Both the position numbers and the translations under genes were made by a program. From Candidatus Falkowbacteria bacterium (GTDB taxonomy: Bacteria; Patescibacteriota; Patescibacteriia; Patescibacteriales; UBA12465): a stretch of DNA of 64,000 bases. The DNA lies in assembly GCA_037134915.1 (NCBI GenBank), contig JBAXLJ010000002.1:64935-128934 (forward strand). The letters run 5' to 3'. A model generated the notes under the pieces. It was not told where the DNA came from, made no database searches, and worked only from the letters and a program-made list of their open reading frames with translations. Position 1 is the stretch's first letter, and each line of letters starts with the position of its first letter. Shown here in pieces: positions 9,436 to 18,197 of the stretch.

Positions 9436-10449
9436 ATGTCTCAAACTGTTAAACAATACCAAAAGCGATTTGAGTGGCCGGAAATTGGCAATGATAACTT
9501 AATTGAATTTTTGGACAGAAGCTTATTTCAGAAGAAATTAGCCCAAACTTATATTTTTGCCGGTCCCGAGGATTTAGGTAAGAGTACCATGGCTCTAGCT
9601 TTTGCGCGCAATTTAATCTTATCGGATCGTCAGGAGGTTCGAGATTTTTCGAGTGTTAACAGTGATTTACATATTCTGAACCGGGAACCGGGTAAGAAAA
9701 ATATTTCCATTGAAGCGGTTCGGGATTTTATTAAAATGTTGTCCTTGAGCTCTTTCTTAAATTCCTATAAAATTGGGATTATTAAAGGCGCTGAGACTTT
9801 GAGTTCTGAGGCCGCCTCGGCTTTACTTAAGACTTTAGAAGAACCTCGAGACAAGGTAATTATTATACTCCTTACTTCATCAGTTGATTTACTAATGCCC
9901 ACCATTGTTTCTCGCTCCCAAGTTCTATATTTTTATCCGGTGGCCTTTGATATTATTTATGATTATTTAGTTAAAGAGCTTAATTTAAAACGGGGTGAGG
10001 CTAAAAATATGGCCGCTCTGGCGGCGGGCCGTCCCTTGTTAGCGGTAAAATTTGCGGAAAATGAAGCTTTATATAACAGGCAATTGGAGGCAGCACGCCT
10101 TTTCTTAACTTTTTTTAACTTAAATATCCCCGATCGTTTATCCGCTTTGGCGGAATTTCTAAAAGGGGAGGGGGTTTTAAATCCTGATAAAGCGGCTGCT
10201 ATTTTAGAAATTTGGCAGCGCGCGGCCAGGGATTTAGCTTTAAATGCGGTGGCCTGTCCAGAATTAATCCAGCACACCGCTTTAAGCTCAGAATTAGATA
10301 GCGCGGGTGCCTGCCTGTCGTCTTTAAACAACGAAGAAGCTTTACGTCACCTTTGTAAAATATTAGACTTATTAAGTATGTTAAAGAATTATTTGGCGGC
10401 CAATGTGTCCCCCATTTTGGTTCTTGAACAAGTCGTTTATAATCTTTAG
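9436..10449 (+). CDS. holB: DNA polymerase III subunit delta prime
   Basis: AAA+ clamp-loader pattern: YIFAGPEDLGKST, LKTLEEP, TIVSRSQ (SRC-like motif). Confidence 0.8.
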   Translation: MSQTVKQYQKRFEWPEIGNDNLIEFLDRSLFQKKLAQTYIFAGPEDLGKSTMALAFARNLILSDRQEVRDFSSVNSDLHILNREPGKKNISIEAVRDFIKMLSLSSFLNSYKIGIIKGAETLSSEAASALLKTLEEPRDKVIIILLTSSVDLLMPTIVSRSQVLYFYPVAFDIIYDYLVKELNLKRGEAKNMAALAAGRPLLAVKFAENEALYNRQLEAARLFLTFFNLNIPDRLSALAEFLKGEGVLNPDKAAAILEIWQRAARDLALNAVACPELIQHTALSSELDSAGACLSSLNNEEALRHLCKILDLLSMLKNYLAANVSPILVLEQVVYNL

Positions 10450-10459
10450 TTAAAATATT

Positions 10460-11584
10460 ATGAAAAGCCAAAAAATTAGTTTTTTAGTACTATTACCGCT
10501 CCTGGCTCTTTCCTTGTCGGCCTGCTCCTTTTCGCTGTCCTCAAATTCTAGTGCGACTTCCGCGGGGCCAGATTTGGGCGGGGTGTTTCTGTCGCTTGAT
10601 AGCGGAGTTACTTTTAAACAGCAAGTGGCCATCCCTTCAGTTTCTGGTTTACCGGGCAGTATTGGTAGTCTAAACGTCCGCTCTTTAGTTCTAGACCCCT
10701 CGGATAACACCGCTATTTATCTAGCCAGTTATAAACAGGGTTTGTATTATTCTTATAATATCACCGCTGGTTGGAATGAGGCGAGCACTTTTCCAAAAGT
10801 CACTATTACTAACTTAGCCATTAATCCCGATAGTAAGTGTGATCTTTACGCGACCTTTGCTAATCGTTTATATAATTCGACTGATTGTGCTCGGACTTGG
10901 AAGCAGATTTATCTTGATTCCAATCAGAACGTGGTTTTTACCGCCCTGGCCATTGATTTTTATAACCCCGCTAATATTTATTTAGGAACTTCTGAAGGCG
11001 CCATTTTAAAGAGTATTGATGGAGGAACTTCCTGGCGGGTGATGAAACGACTCGACCAGTCAATTGCCAAATTAGTCTTATCGCCGCGTGATAGTCGTCA
11101 AATTTATGTTTTGACTCAAAATGCTAAGCTCTATACTTTTTTAACTAATACTAAAACTAACCCTAATACTTCGGCTGACCTAGAGGCTAATTTCGCGGTC
11201 GACAATTGGACCGATCTTAACTCAGTCCTAAAAGATTTGCAGATTGGGGACAATTTTCGTGATTTTGTAATTGTGCCAAGTGACGCTTCAATGTTTTTAA
11301 CTACCGATCATATGATTGCTAAATCTTTAGATCACGGAATTACTTGGCAAAAATTGAATTTGCTTCCTTCGGAGAAAGACGGTATTATAAGGACCATGGC
11401 CGTCAATCCTCAAAACCCCAAGCAGATTTATTACGCTACAAATTTAACTTTTTTTAGATCAATTGATGGCGGGGCGACCTGGTCTAATAAAAAATTACCG
11501 ACCAGCCGGGGCGCTTCCTCAATCGTCATTGATTATAAAAATCCCAATAATATTTATTTAGGTGTTAATGAAACTAGTAATTAA
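10460..11584 (+). CDS. lipoprotein with BNR/sortilin-type beta-propeller repeats (Ycf48-like)
   Basis: Lipobox LSLSAC after a signal peptide. Repeated SxDxGxxW motifs (SIDGGTSW, SLDHGITW, SIDGGATW, STDCARTW). Confidence 0.7.
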   Translation: MKSQKISFLVLLPLLALSLSACSFSLSSNSSATSAGPDLGGVFLSLDSGVTFKQQVAIPSVSGLPGSIGSLNVRSLVLDPSDNTAIYLASYKQGLYYSYNITAGWNEASTFPKVTITNLAINPDSKCDLYATFANRLYNSTDCARTWKQIYLDSNQNVVFTALAIDFYNPANIYLGTSEGAILKSIDGGTSWRVMKRLDQSIAKLVLSPRDSRQIYVLTQNAKLYTFLTNTKTNPNTSADLEANFAVDNWTDLNSVLKDLQIGDNFRDFVIVPSDASMFLTTDHMIAKSLDHGITWQKLNLLPSEKDGIIRTMAVNPQNPKQIYYATNLTFFRSIDGGATWSNKKLPTSRGASSIVIDYKNPNNIYLGVNETSN

Positions 11585-11590
11585 AAATAT

Positions 11591-12145
11591 ATGAGTAATT
11601 TTTTAGAAGACAATAAAGAAGAGTTTACGAGCGTGATTGAATTTTTTAAACGAGATATTTCTAGCTTGCGCACCGGCCGAGCTAACCCGATCATGTTAGA
11701 CGGCGTTCAAGTTGAAGCTTACGGCGTAATGAACGCCTTAAATGGTGTCGCTAATATCGTGGTTTCCGACTCACGCAGCTTTATTATCACCCCCTGGGAT
11801 AAGAGTGTTACTAAAGCGGTAGAAAAGGGGATCGTGGAAGCTAACTTAGGTTTAGGCATTGTTAATGAAGGTGATAAGATTCGTTTAAGTATCCCGCCGC
11901 TAACTGAAGAAAATCGCAAAGAATTAGTTAAGAAATTAAATGAACGCTTAGAAAAGGCTCGCATTTCTCTGCGCCAGGTTCGTGAGGAAGTAAAGACTGG
12001 TATCGAAGCTGAATTTGAGGCTAAAGAAATTACCGAGGATGAAAAATTTCGCTTTGAAAAAGAATTGGATGAATTTGTCGCTAAAAAGAACGAAGAGCTT
12101 AAAGAGTTAAGAGATAAAAAAGATAAAGATATAATGGAAATATAA
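11591..12145 (+). CDS. frr: ribosome recycling factor
   Basis: LRTGRANPIMLDGVQVEAYG...IPPLTEENRKELVK, typical RRF length (184 aa). Confidence 0.95.
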   Translation: MSNFLEDNKEEFTSVIEFFKRDISSLRTGRANPIMLDGVQVEAYGVMNALNGVANIVVSDSRSFIITPWDKSVTKAVEKGIVEANLGLGIVNEGDKIRLSIPPLTEENRKELVKKLNERLEKARISLRQVREEVKTGIEAEFEAKEITEDEKFRFEKELDEFVAKKNEELKELRDKKDKDIMEI

Positions 12146-12150
12146 ATTAA

Positions 12151-13272
12151 ATGATTACTACAATAATAATATTTATCTTAGTGTTGTCAGTTTTGGTGCT
12201 GGCTCACGAATTCGGGCATTTTTTCTCCGCCCGGAAATTTGGCGTTAAATCCGAAGAATTTGGATTAGGTTTTCCGCCACGAGCTATCGGGGTTTATAAA
12301 GATGCTAAAGGGAAGTGGCGTCGTCTTTTAGGCAATAAAAGCGTGGAAGATTTGACTGGTGAGGCAATTCCCGCAGATACGGTTTATTCTTTAAATTGGC
12401 TGCCAATCGGCGGTTTTGTAAAAATCAAAGGCCAAGATGGTGATAGCCGAGAGGAAAACGACAGCTTTGGTGCTAAAAAGATTTGGCAGCGAGCGATTAT
12501 TTTAGCGGCTGGAGTTTTTATGAATATTGTTCTAGCTTTTGTGTTATTCTCTCTGTGCTTTATGATTGGGGCGCCGCAGTCAGTAGATACTGGTGGCCGC
12601 ATTCAAATTACAGAGATCATTAAAGGTTCACCAGCACAGACCGCCGGTATTTTAAGCGGTGATATTGTTTTAGGTGCCGATGGTCAGAATTTTGCCAGCG
12701 TTTTAGAGATGCAAAATTACATTAGTGCCAGAGGCGGCAATGATATTTCTTTAGCACTAAGACGCGGCAATCAAGACTTAAATATTAAAGTTAAACCGGA
12801 ACTTAAAGACGCTAAAGTTTTAATCGGCGTTGGCCTTGATCAAGTTGATACAGTCCATTACTCTTTCTTTAAATCTATTTGGGAGGGTTTAAAACACACC
12901 GCAATTTTGCTTTGGCTGATTCTGGTCGCTTTTGTTGGCTTAATCCGTAATATGATAATTGGTGTTGGCGCCGGTGATGCGGTTGGTGGTCCGATTAGGA
13001 TCGCTCAGATGACCGGTGAAGTGGCTCGCTTTGGTCTGGTCAATCTGCTTAATTTTACCGCTATTCTATCGCTTAATTTGGCAGTGATAAATTTCTTGCC
13101 TTTCCCAGCTTTAGATGGTGGCCGCATTTTATTTTTAATTATCGAAAAGATTAAAGGAAGGCCAGTTAAAAAAGAAACTGAGGCAGTGATTCATAACATT
13201 GGTTTTATTATCTTGCTGGCGCTGATTGTGCTAGTAACTTATAAAGATATTGCCCGCATGTTTATCAAATAA
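12151..13272 (+). CDS. rseP: RIP metalloprotease RseP (M50 site-2 protease)
   Basis: HEFGHF zinc motif in TM1, a central PDZ-like segment, and the NFLPFPALDGG motif. Confidence 0.9.
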   Translation: MITTIIIFILVLSVLVLAHEFGHFFSARKFGVKSEEFGLGFPPRAIGVYKDAKGKWRRLLGNKSVEDLTGEAIPADTVYSLNWLPIGGFVKIKGQDGDSREENDSFGAKKIWQRAIILAAGVFMNIVLAFVLFSLCFMIGAPQSVDTGGRIQITEIIKGSPAQTAGILSGDIVLGADGQNFASVLEMQNYISARGGNDISLALRRGNQDLNIKVKPELKDAKVLIGVGLDQVDTVHYSFFKSIWEGLKHTAILLWLILVAFVGLIRNMIIGVGAGDAVGGPIRIAQMTGEVARFGLVNLLNFTAILSLNLAVINFLPFPALDGGRILFLIIEKIKGRPVKKETEAVIHNIGFIILLALIVLVTYKDIARMFIK

Positions 13273-13293
13273 TTTAGCGCTTAAGCATTAAAA

Positions 13294-13322
13294 ATCGAGC
13301 TTTTTCTGAGCTCGATTTTTTG
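13294..13322 (+). terminator. rho-independent terminator after rseP
   Basis: atcgagct (13294-13301) pairs with agctcgat (13309-13316), 7-nt loop, then a T-run. Confidence 0.8.
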
Positions 13323-13331
13323 TTGTAAAAA

Positions 13332-13340
13332 TGTTATAAT
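13332..13340 (+). promoter_or_regulatory. extended -10 element (TGtTATAAT) upstream of hpf
   Basis: The same aTGTTATAAT motif recurs at 24428 and 62858. It would leave a leader of roughly 77 nt containing the hairpin aagaaag/ctttctt. Confidence 0.4.
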
Positions 13341-13423
13341 TATGATGTTATAAGACAATAATTAAAGCGCCATTTGCCTCAACAAGAAAGTTATTCTTTC
13401 TTTTATCAAGTGGATCCATTTTT

Positions 13424-13747
13424 ATGAAAATCAATCTAAAAGCGACGAAGTTGGAAATGACCGATGCCATTGCTAATTATGTTAAAACGAAAATGGATAT
13501 GCTGGAAAAATATTTAGGGACGACCAAAATTACTAATTGTGACGTTGAAGTTGAACGCATTGTCAGTGGACAAAATAAAGGTGACGTTTTTCGCATGGAG
13601 GTTAATTTAGAGGTGCCTCGAGAGTTGTTGCGAGTCGAGAAAACGGAAAACGATTTATATAAAGCGATTGATAAAGTCAAAGATCATTTAGAAGGTGTGA
13701 TTATAAAGTATAAAGAAAAAGCTCGAGATAAAAAACGCGGCAAATAA
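13424..13747 (+). CDS. hpf: ribosome hibernation promoting factor (short HPF/RaiA type)
   Basis: 107 aa. Pattern MKINLKATKLEMTDAIANYV...KLEKY...VEVNLEVP...EKTENDLYKAIDKV is typical of sigma54-modulation/S30AE proteins. Confidence 0.85.
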   Translation: MKINLKATKLEMTDAIANYVKTKMDMLEKYLGTTKITNCDVEVERIVSGQNKGDVFRMEVNLEVPRELLRVEKTENDLYKAIDKVKDHLEGVIIKYKEKARDKKRGK

Positions 13748-13754
13748 TTAATCT

Positions 13755-13788
13755 AAAAAAATCGACTTATTACTAAGTCGATTTTTTT
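13755..13788. terminator. bidirectional rho-independent terminator
   Basis: atcgactta / taagtcgat 9-bp stem (13761-13782) with loop ttac, an A-run upstream and a T-run downstream. Lies between convergent genes. Confidence 0.85.
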
Positions 13789-13806
13789 ATAAGTGAGGGG
13801 GATTAT

Positions 13807-14841
13807 TTATTTAAGCGGTTCCATAACATTTTGTCCGCCATCTTCAATTCGGATTTCAGTCACACTAGCTGTCTGTGCACAAGTTTTTAGACTGTTGCTG
13901 TAAGTGGTCCAGATTTCTTTTTGAGAATTTCGAGCTTTATCGTTGGCTTTTTTCTGAGTATCTTGAAAAGTTTTATTGCAAGCATTTAAAGCTGTTTGTT
14001 GGTTACTGCTTAAAGCTAAAGCGGCCTTCTGACAAGTACCGCGGGCGCTAATGGCGCTGCTTATTTCTGAAGCTGCAGACGTCAGTGAGGCGCTAATTGC
14101 CACATCTTTCACATCAATAGCGGCGGAAGTGCAAGTTACTAAATTGGGAGTCATCGTTGGCAGGACGTAAGCGCTCTTTTTTCTAAGACCAAATAAATCA
14201 TTACCGATTTTTTTTATTTGATCAAATAATTTAATTTGTTCCGGCGACGCGATTCTTTCTAAAGTCGAAGTGGCCGGTGTGCCAGTGGCTTTATTTTCGG
14301 AATTATTTTTTTTAACACCAAATAAGTCTTGTCCGATTTTAACAATTTTTTCAAACAGATTGATGTGCTCTGGCGAAGGAATTCTTTGTAAAGTTGAGGT
14401 GCCCGAAGTGGTTACTAGGGTGCTGCTAGCACTGCCGGTGCTTAATTTAATAATTTCAGTTTGTGGCTTTCTGATACCAAATAAATCGTTACCGATTTTT
14501 CGGATTTCATTAAAATATTTAACATATTCCGGCTTCGGGATTTTTTCTAAATTTTTACCAATTACCAAAGTTGAGCTGGCATTATTTGGGCGTGGAGCGC
14601 CGTCTCGAGGCTCGATTCTGGGTGTGCCGCTGGCGATTCCGCTTTCTGGGTTAGCCGAAATCAGCATGGGAACGGGGGCGGTGCTGCTGCTAGTTTCCTC
14701 GGAATTAAAAGAGGTTAGCATTGGGACCGGTGGGTTCAAATTAGAAGTAGTCGTGGCGGTGTCTTCTGCTAGAACTGGCATCTGTGCCGTCATGGCAAAA
14801 ATAAAGGAAAAAACCAAGGCGATCGGAATAGTTTTTTTCAT
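13807..14841 (-). CDS. secreted protein with three tandem STL-x-RI-x-SPE-x-I-x-LF...KIGxDLFG repeats and a Cys-containing C-terminal domain
   Basis: Signal peptide MKKTIPIALVFSFIFAMTAQMPVLA. Start set at 14841 because a TTGAGT-17-TGtTATAAT promoter (14898-14870) lies downstream of the track's ATG at 14898. Confidence 0.7.
   Translation of the reverse strand: MKKTIPIALVFSFIFAMTAQMPVLAEDTATTTSNLNPPVPMLTSFNSEETSSSTAPVPMLISANPESGIASGTPRIEPRDGAPRPNNASSTLVIGKNLEKIPKPEYVKYFNEIRKIGNDLFGIRKPQTEIIKLSTGSASSTLVTTSGTSTLQRIPSPEHINLFEKIVKIGQDLFGVKKNNSENKATGTPATSTLERIASPEQIKLFDQIKKIGNDLFGLRKKSAYVLPTMTPNLVTCTSAAIDVKDVAISASLTSAASEISSAISARGTCQKAALALSSNQQTALNACNKTFQDTQKKANDKARNSQKEIWTTYSNSLKTCAQTASVTEIRIEDGGQNVMEPLK
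14176..14577 (-). repeat. three in-frame tandem repeats (about 135-160 nt each) inside the secreted protein gene
   Basis: DNA cores accaaataaatcattaccgatttt / accaaataagtcttgtccgatttt / accaaataaatcgttaccgatttt, encoding KIG(N/Q)DLFG. Confidence 0.8.
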
Positions 14842-14869
14842 AATTTTAAAATTAATTAATAATAGTGAA

Positions 14870-14898
14870 ATTATAACAGAAAATGGCTTTTTACTCAA
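14870..14898 (-). promoter_or_regulatory. sigma70-like promoter of the repeat-protein gene
   Basis: Minus strand reads TTGAGT, 17 nt, TGtTATAAT. Confidence 0.55.
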
Positions 14899-14922
14899 AG
14901 CCGCTCATTAAAAAATTAGTGG

Positions 14923-14951
14923 TTGAAAAAAATCTTTATTTAGGCTATAAT
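14923..14951 (+). promoter_or_regulatory. sigma70-like promoter of secA
   Basis: TTGAAA (14923-14928), 17 nt, TATAAT (14946-14951). Confidence 0.6.
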
Positions 14952-15002
14952 TTCTTATTAATAACACTTATATCCCCACATTTAATTAAACATATATAAC
15001 CT

Positions 15003-17729
15003 ATGAACTTCCTAACGAAACTTTTAGGCGACCCTAATGAGAAAATTATTAGAAATCTTGATCCAATAATCACTAAGATTAACGGTTTTGAGGCCTCTTT
15101 AACGGATTTACCGGAAACCGAACTGAAAGCTAAAACGGCCAGTTTTAAAGAACGTCTAGCTAAAGGCGAGTCTTTAGACGATATTTTGCCTGAGGCTTAC
15201 GCAGTAGTTCGAGAAGCTTCTCGCCGTTTGCTAAATAAACGCCATTACGACGTTCAGCTGGTCGGTGGTATTGTTTTGCATCGCGGGGAAATTGCTGAAA
15301 TGAAGACCGGTGAAGGTAAAACTCTAGTCGCTACTTTGCCTCTCTATCTTAATGCTTTGGAAGGTAAGGGGGTTCATCTAATTACGGTTAATGATTATTT
15401 GGCTCGAGTCGGTGCCGGTTGGATGGCGCCAGTTTATCACGCCCTTGATTTAACAGTCAGTGTTATTGTTCACGATGCGGCTTATGTTTATGACCCAGAA
15501 TATACTGACGAAACTCAATATGACGATCGTTTAAAACATTTTAAACGAATTTCTCGCCGGGAAGCTTATTATTGCGATATTACTTACGGCACTAATAATG
15601 AGTTTGGTTTTGATTTTCTGCGCGATAACATGGTTGGCACTTTAAGTCAGACGGTACAACGAACCTTGCATTACGCCATTGTCGATGAAATCGATTCAAT
15701 TTTAATTGATGAAGCCCGCACTCCTTTGATTATCAGTTCCGCCGCCGAAGAATCAACCGATAAATATTTTAAATTTGCCGAACTAGTACAACGTCTTGTT
15801 GAAGAAGAGGATTATAGTGTTGACGAAAAATTGCGCAGCACCAATTTGACCGAAGGTGGCATGAATAAGATGGAAAAACTTTTAGGAGTAGAGAATATTT
15901 ATGTTACGGGCGGCATTAAAGATGTACATCACATCGAACAGGCTCTAAAAGCACGTGTTTTATTTAAGCGTGATCGCGATTATGTAGTTAAAGATGATGA
16001 AATAATTATTGTCGATGAATTTACCGGGCGTATGATGCCGGGGCGTCGTTATAGCGAAGGACTTCACCAAGCTATTGAAGCTAAAGAAGGCGTAAAGGTG
16101 CAAAAAGAATCACAGACGATGGCGACTATTACCTTTCAGAATTTATTCCGTATGTATGACAAGCTTTGTGGTATGACCGGAACCGCAGTCACTGAAGCAG
16201 AGGAGTTTCATAAAATTTATAAATTAGAAACAATTGTTATCCCGACCAACCGTCCTAATATCCGTCAAGATTTTAATGATTTAATTTACCGAACCGAGGA
16301 AGATAAATTTAAAGCGGTAATTGCTGATGTTAAAGAACGAAATGAGAAGGGGCAGCCAGTTTTAATCGGTACAATTTCGATTGAGAAGAATGAAGTTTTA
16401 GCCGATATGATGGAACGTGAAGGTCTTCACCCGGCCATGTTAAATGCCAAGAATCACCAAAAAGAAGCGGAGATTATTTCCCAGGCCGGTCGTTTAGGTG
16501 GTATTACTCTCGCCACTAATATGGCGGGTCGTGGGGTTGATATTTTACTCGGTGGCAGTCCCGATCCTGATGACGAGGCGGATGTGGCTCGAGCTAAAGC
16601 TGAGCAGGTTAAAATTTGTGAACTCGGTGGCTTGCACGTTATCGGTACCGAACGCCATGAATCGCGTCGCATTGATAATCAGTTGCGTGGTCGTGCCGGT
16701 CGTCAAGGTGACCCTGGTTCGTCTCGTTTTTATGTTTCTACTGAAGACGACCTGATGAGAATTTTTGGTGGCGACCGTATGAAAAACACCATGAAGATGT
16801 TAAATGTGCCAGCTGATATGCCAATTGAAAGCGGAATTATTTCGAAATCAGTGGAATCGGCTCAGAAGAAAGTTGAAGGCAACAACTTCGACATGCGTAA
16901 ACATTTAGTAGAGTATGATGATGTGATTAATAAGCACCGTGAGGCAATTTATCGCCGCCGCCGGGAGATTTTAGAATTAGCCGAAGGTGAAGGCGAGCAC
17001 GGTGACAAAACTTTGAGCGATATTATTCTAGAATATGTCAGAAACGAAGTTGAAAAAATCGTAGAGTTTAACTGCGTGGGTGATATTAAAGATTGGAATT
17101 TAAAAGAAGTTGCTGAAACGGTAGCTAATATTTTTAATTTAAATGACGCCGAGAAGGCTCAGGTGGAAGTTATTGGTAAATCCGAAGCCCATGATCCAGG
17201 TCATGAAATTATTACTTACTTAAATGATTTAGCTAAGAGTAAATATGAAGCATTGGTTGCCGCTTTTAATCAGATTGGCGTGGCGGCTCCGGAAATTGAA
17301 AAGGGAATTTTAATCCGTTCCATTGATCAATTATGGATTGAACATTTAGAGACTATGGATTATCTAAGATCTAGCATTGGCTTGCGCGGCTATGGTCAGC
17401 GCGATCCGCTAGTTGAATACAAGAAAGAATCATTCAGACTTTATCAAGAACTTAATGATTTAATCCGCCAGCAAGTCGTTTATTCGATTTATAAGACCGG
17501 CGAAGCTGTGGATATGGCCCCGGAGATATTACTTAGCTTGCAGAAAGAAGAAGAGCCAAAAAATTTACAATTTGCCGGCGCTATTAAAGAAGCTGGTGAT
17601 AATCCACACGGCGAAACTTTTGATTTAGTAAACGAGAAAATGAAAGGTGAAGACGGTAAAGTTGTGGGACGAAATGACCTCTGCCCGTGTGGCTCCGGTT
17701 TGAAATATAAAAAGTGCCACGGGAAATAA
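15003..17729 (+). CDS. secA: preprotein translocase ATPase SecA
   Basis: MKTGEGKTLVATLP Walker A, DEIDSILIDEARTPLIIS, and the C-terminal zinc motif CPCGSGLKYKKCHG. Confidence 0.98.
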   Translation: MNFLTKLLGDPNEKIIRNLDPIITKINGFEASLTDLPETELKAKTASFKERLAKGESLDDILPEAYAVVREASRRLLNKRHYDVQLVGGIVLHRGEIAEMKTGEGKTLVATLPLYLNALEGKGVHLITVNDYLARVGAGWMAPVYHALDLTVSVIVHDAAYVYDPEYTDETQYDDRLKHFKRISRREAYYCDITYGTNNEFGFDFLRDNMVGTLSQTVQRTLHYAIVDEIDSILIDEARTPLIISSAAEESTDKYFKFAELVQRLVEEEDYSVDEKLRSTNLTEGGMNKMEKLLGVENIYVTGGIKDVHHIEQALKARVLFKRDRDYVVKDDEIIIVDEFTGRMMPGRRYSEGLHQAIEAKEGVKVQKESQTMATITFQNLFRMYDKLCGMTGTAVTEAEEFHKIYKLETIVIPTNRPNIRQDFNDLIYRTEEDKFKAVIADVKERNEKGQPVLIGTISIEKNEVLADMMEREGLHPAMLNAKNHQKEAEIISQAGRLGGITLATNMAGRGVDILLGGSPDPDDEADVARAKAEQVKICELGGLHVIGTERHESRRIDNQLRGRAGRQGDPGSSRFYVSTEDDLMRIFGGDRMKNTMKMLNVPADMPIESGIISKSVESAQKKVEGNNFDMRKHLVEYDDVINKHREAIYRRRREILELAEGEGEHGDKTLSDIILEYVRNEVEKIVEFNCVGDIKDWNLKEVAETVANIFNLNDAEKAQVEVIGKSEAHDPGHEIITYLNDLAKSKYEALVAAFNQIGVAAPEIEKGILIRSIDQLWIEHLETMDYLRSSIGLRGYGQRDPLVEYKKESFRLYQELNDLIRQQVVYSIYKTGEAVDMAPEILLSLQKEEEPKNLQFAGAIKEAGDNPHGETFDLVNEKMKGEDGKVVGRNDLCPCGSGLKYKKCHGK

Positions 17730-17730
17730 T

Positions 17731-18189
17731 ATGAAAAAAGTTTTTGAACCCAAACCGGGGCAAGTTGATTTTACTAATATTCGCTGGGCGCCGGTTATAA
17801 ATTGCGTTCTTAAATATAATGACAAGTTGTTAGTTGTTCAACGTAGCCTGGAGTTGAATTTTTATCCCGGTTATTGGACGGGTATTTCTGGATTTTTAGA
17901 TGACAGTAGAAGTTTGCATCAGAAAATTGCCGATGAAATAAAAGAAGAATTAGGGCTGTCTAAAAATAAAATAAAAGAGATTAAAATCGGAGAGATTTTT
18001 GATCAAGATGAGCCAAAATATAAAAAAACTTGGATTGTCCATCCAATTTTAGTTGAGGTGACAACTGATAAAATTCGTCTTGATTGGGAGGCTAAAAACT
18101 ATCAGTGGCTTACTTTGAAAGAGATAAATCAATTAAAATTGCTTCCAGGTTTTGATGAGGTTTTAAAACGTATATCTTCTTGGGTATAA
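17731..18189 (+). CDS. Nudix-family hydrolase (Nudix box partly degenerate)
   Basis: GFLDDSRSLHQKIADEIKEELGL fits the spacing of GX5EX7REUXEEXGU, but E is replaced by R and RE by DE. Confidence 0.7.
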   Translation: MKKVFEPKPGQVDFTNIRWAPVINCVLKYNDKLLVVQRSLELNFYPGYWTGISGFLDDSRSLHQKIADEIKEELGLSKNKIKEIKIGEIFDQDEPKYKKTWIVHPILVEVTTDKIRLDWEAKNYQWLTLKEINQLKLLPGFDEVLKRISSWV

Positions 18190-18197
18190 ATATAAAT

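Noticed and set aside
9963-10710. Three minus-strand ORFs (122, 90 and 86 aa).
   Set aside because: They are antisense to holB and to the lipoprotein gene, both of which have clear family motifs. Their products are Ala/Arg/Lys-rich, typical of shadow ORFs.
14842-14898. Upstream ATG for the repeat-protein gene.
   Set aside because: A good TTGAGT-17-TGtTATAAT promoter lies between the two ATGs, so a transcript from it would not include the ATG at 14898. The signal peptide begins at the ATG at 14841.
14270-14911. 213-aa plus-strand ORF.
   Set aside because: It is fully antisense to the repeat-protein gene. The minus-strand reading has a signal peptide, an in-frame repeat structure and its own promoter and terminator. 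The plus-strand product is low-complexity with no start context.
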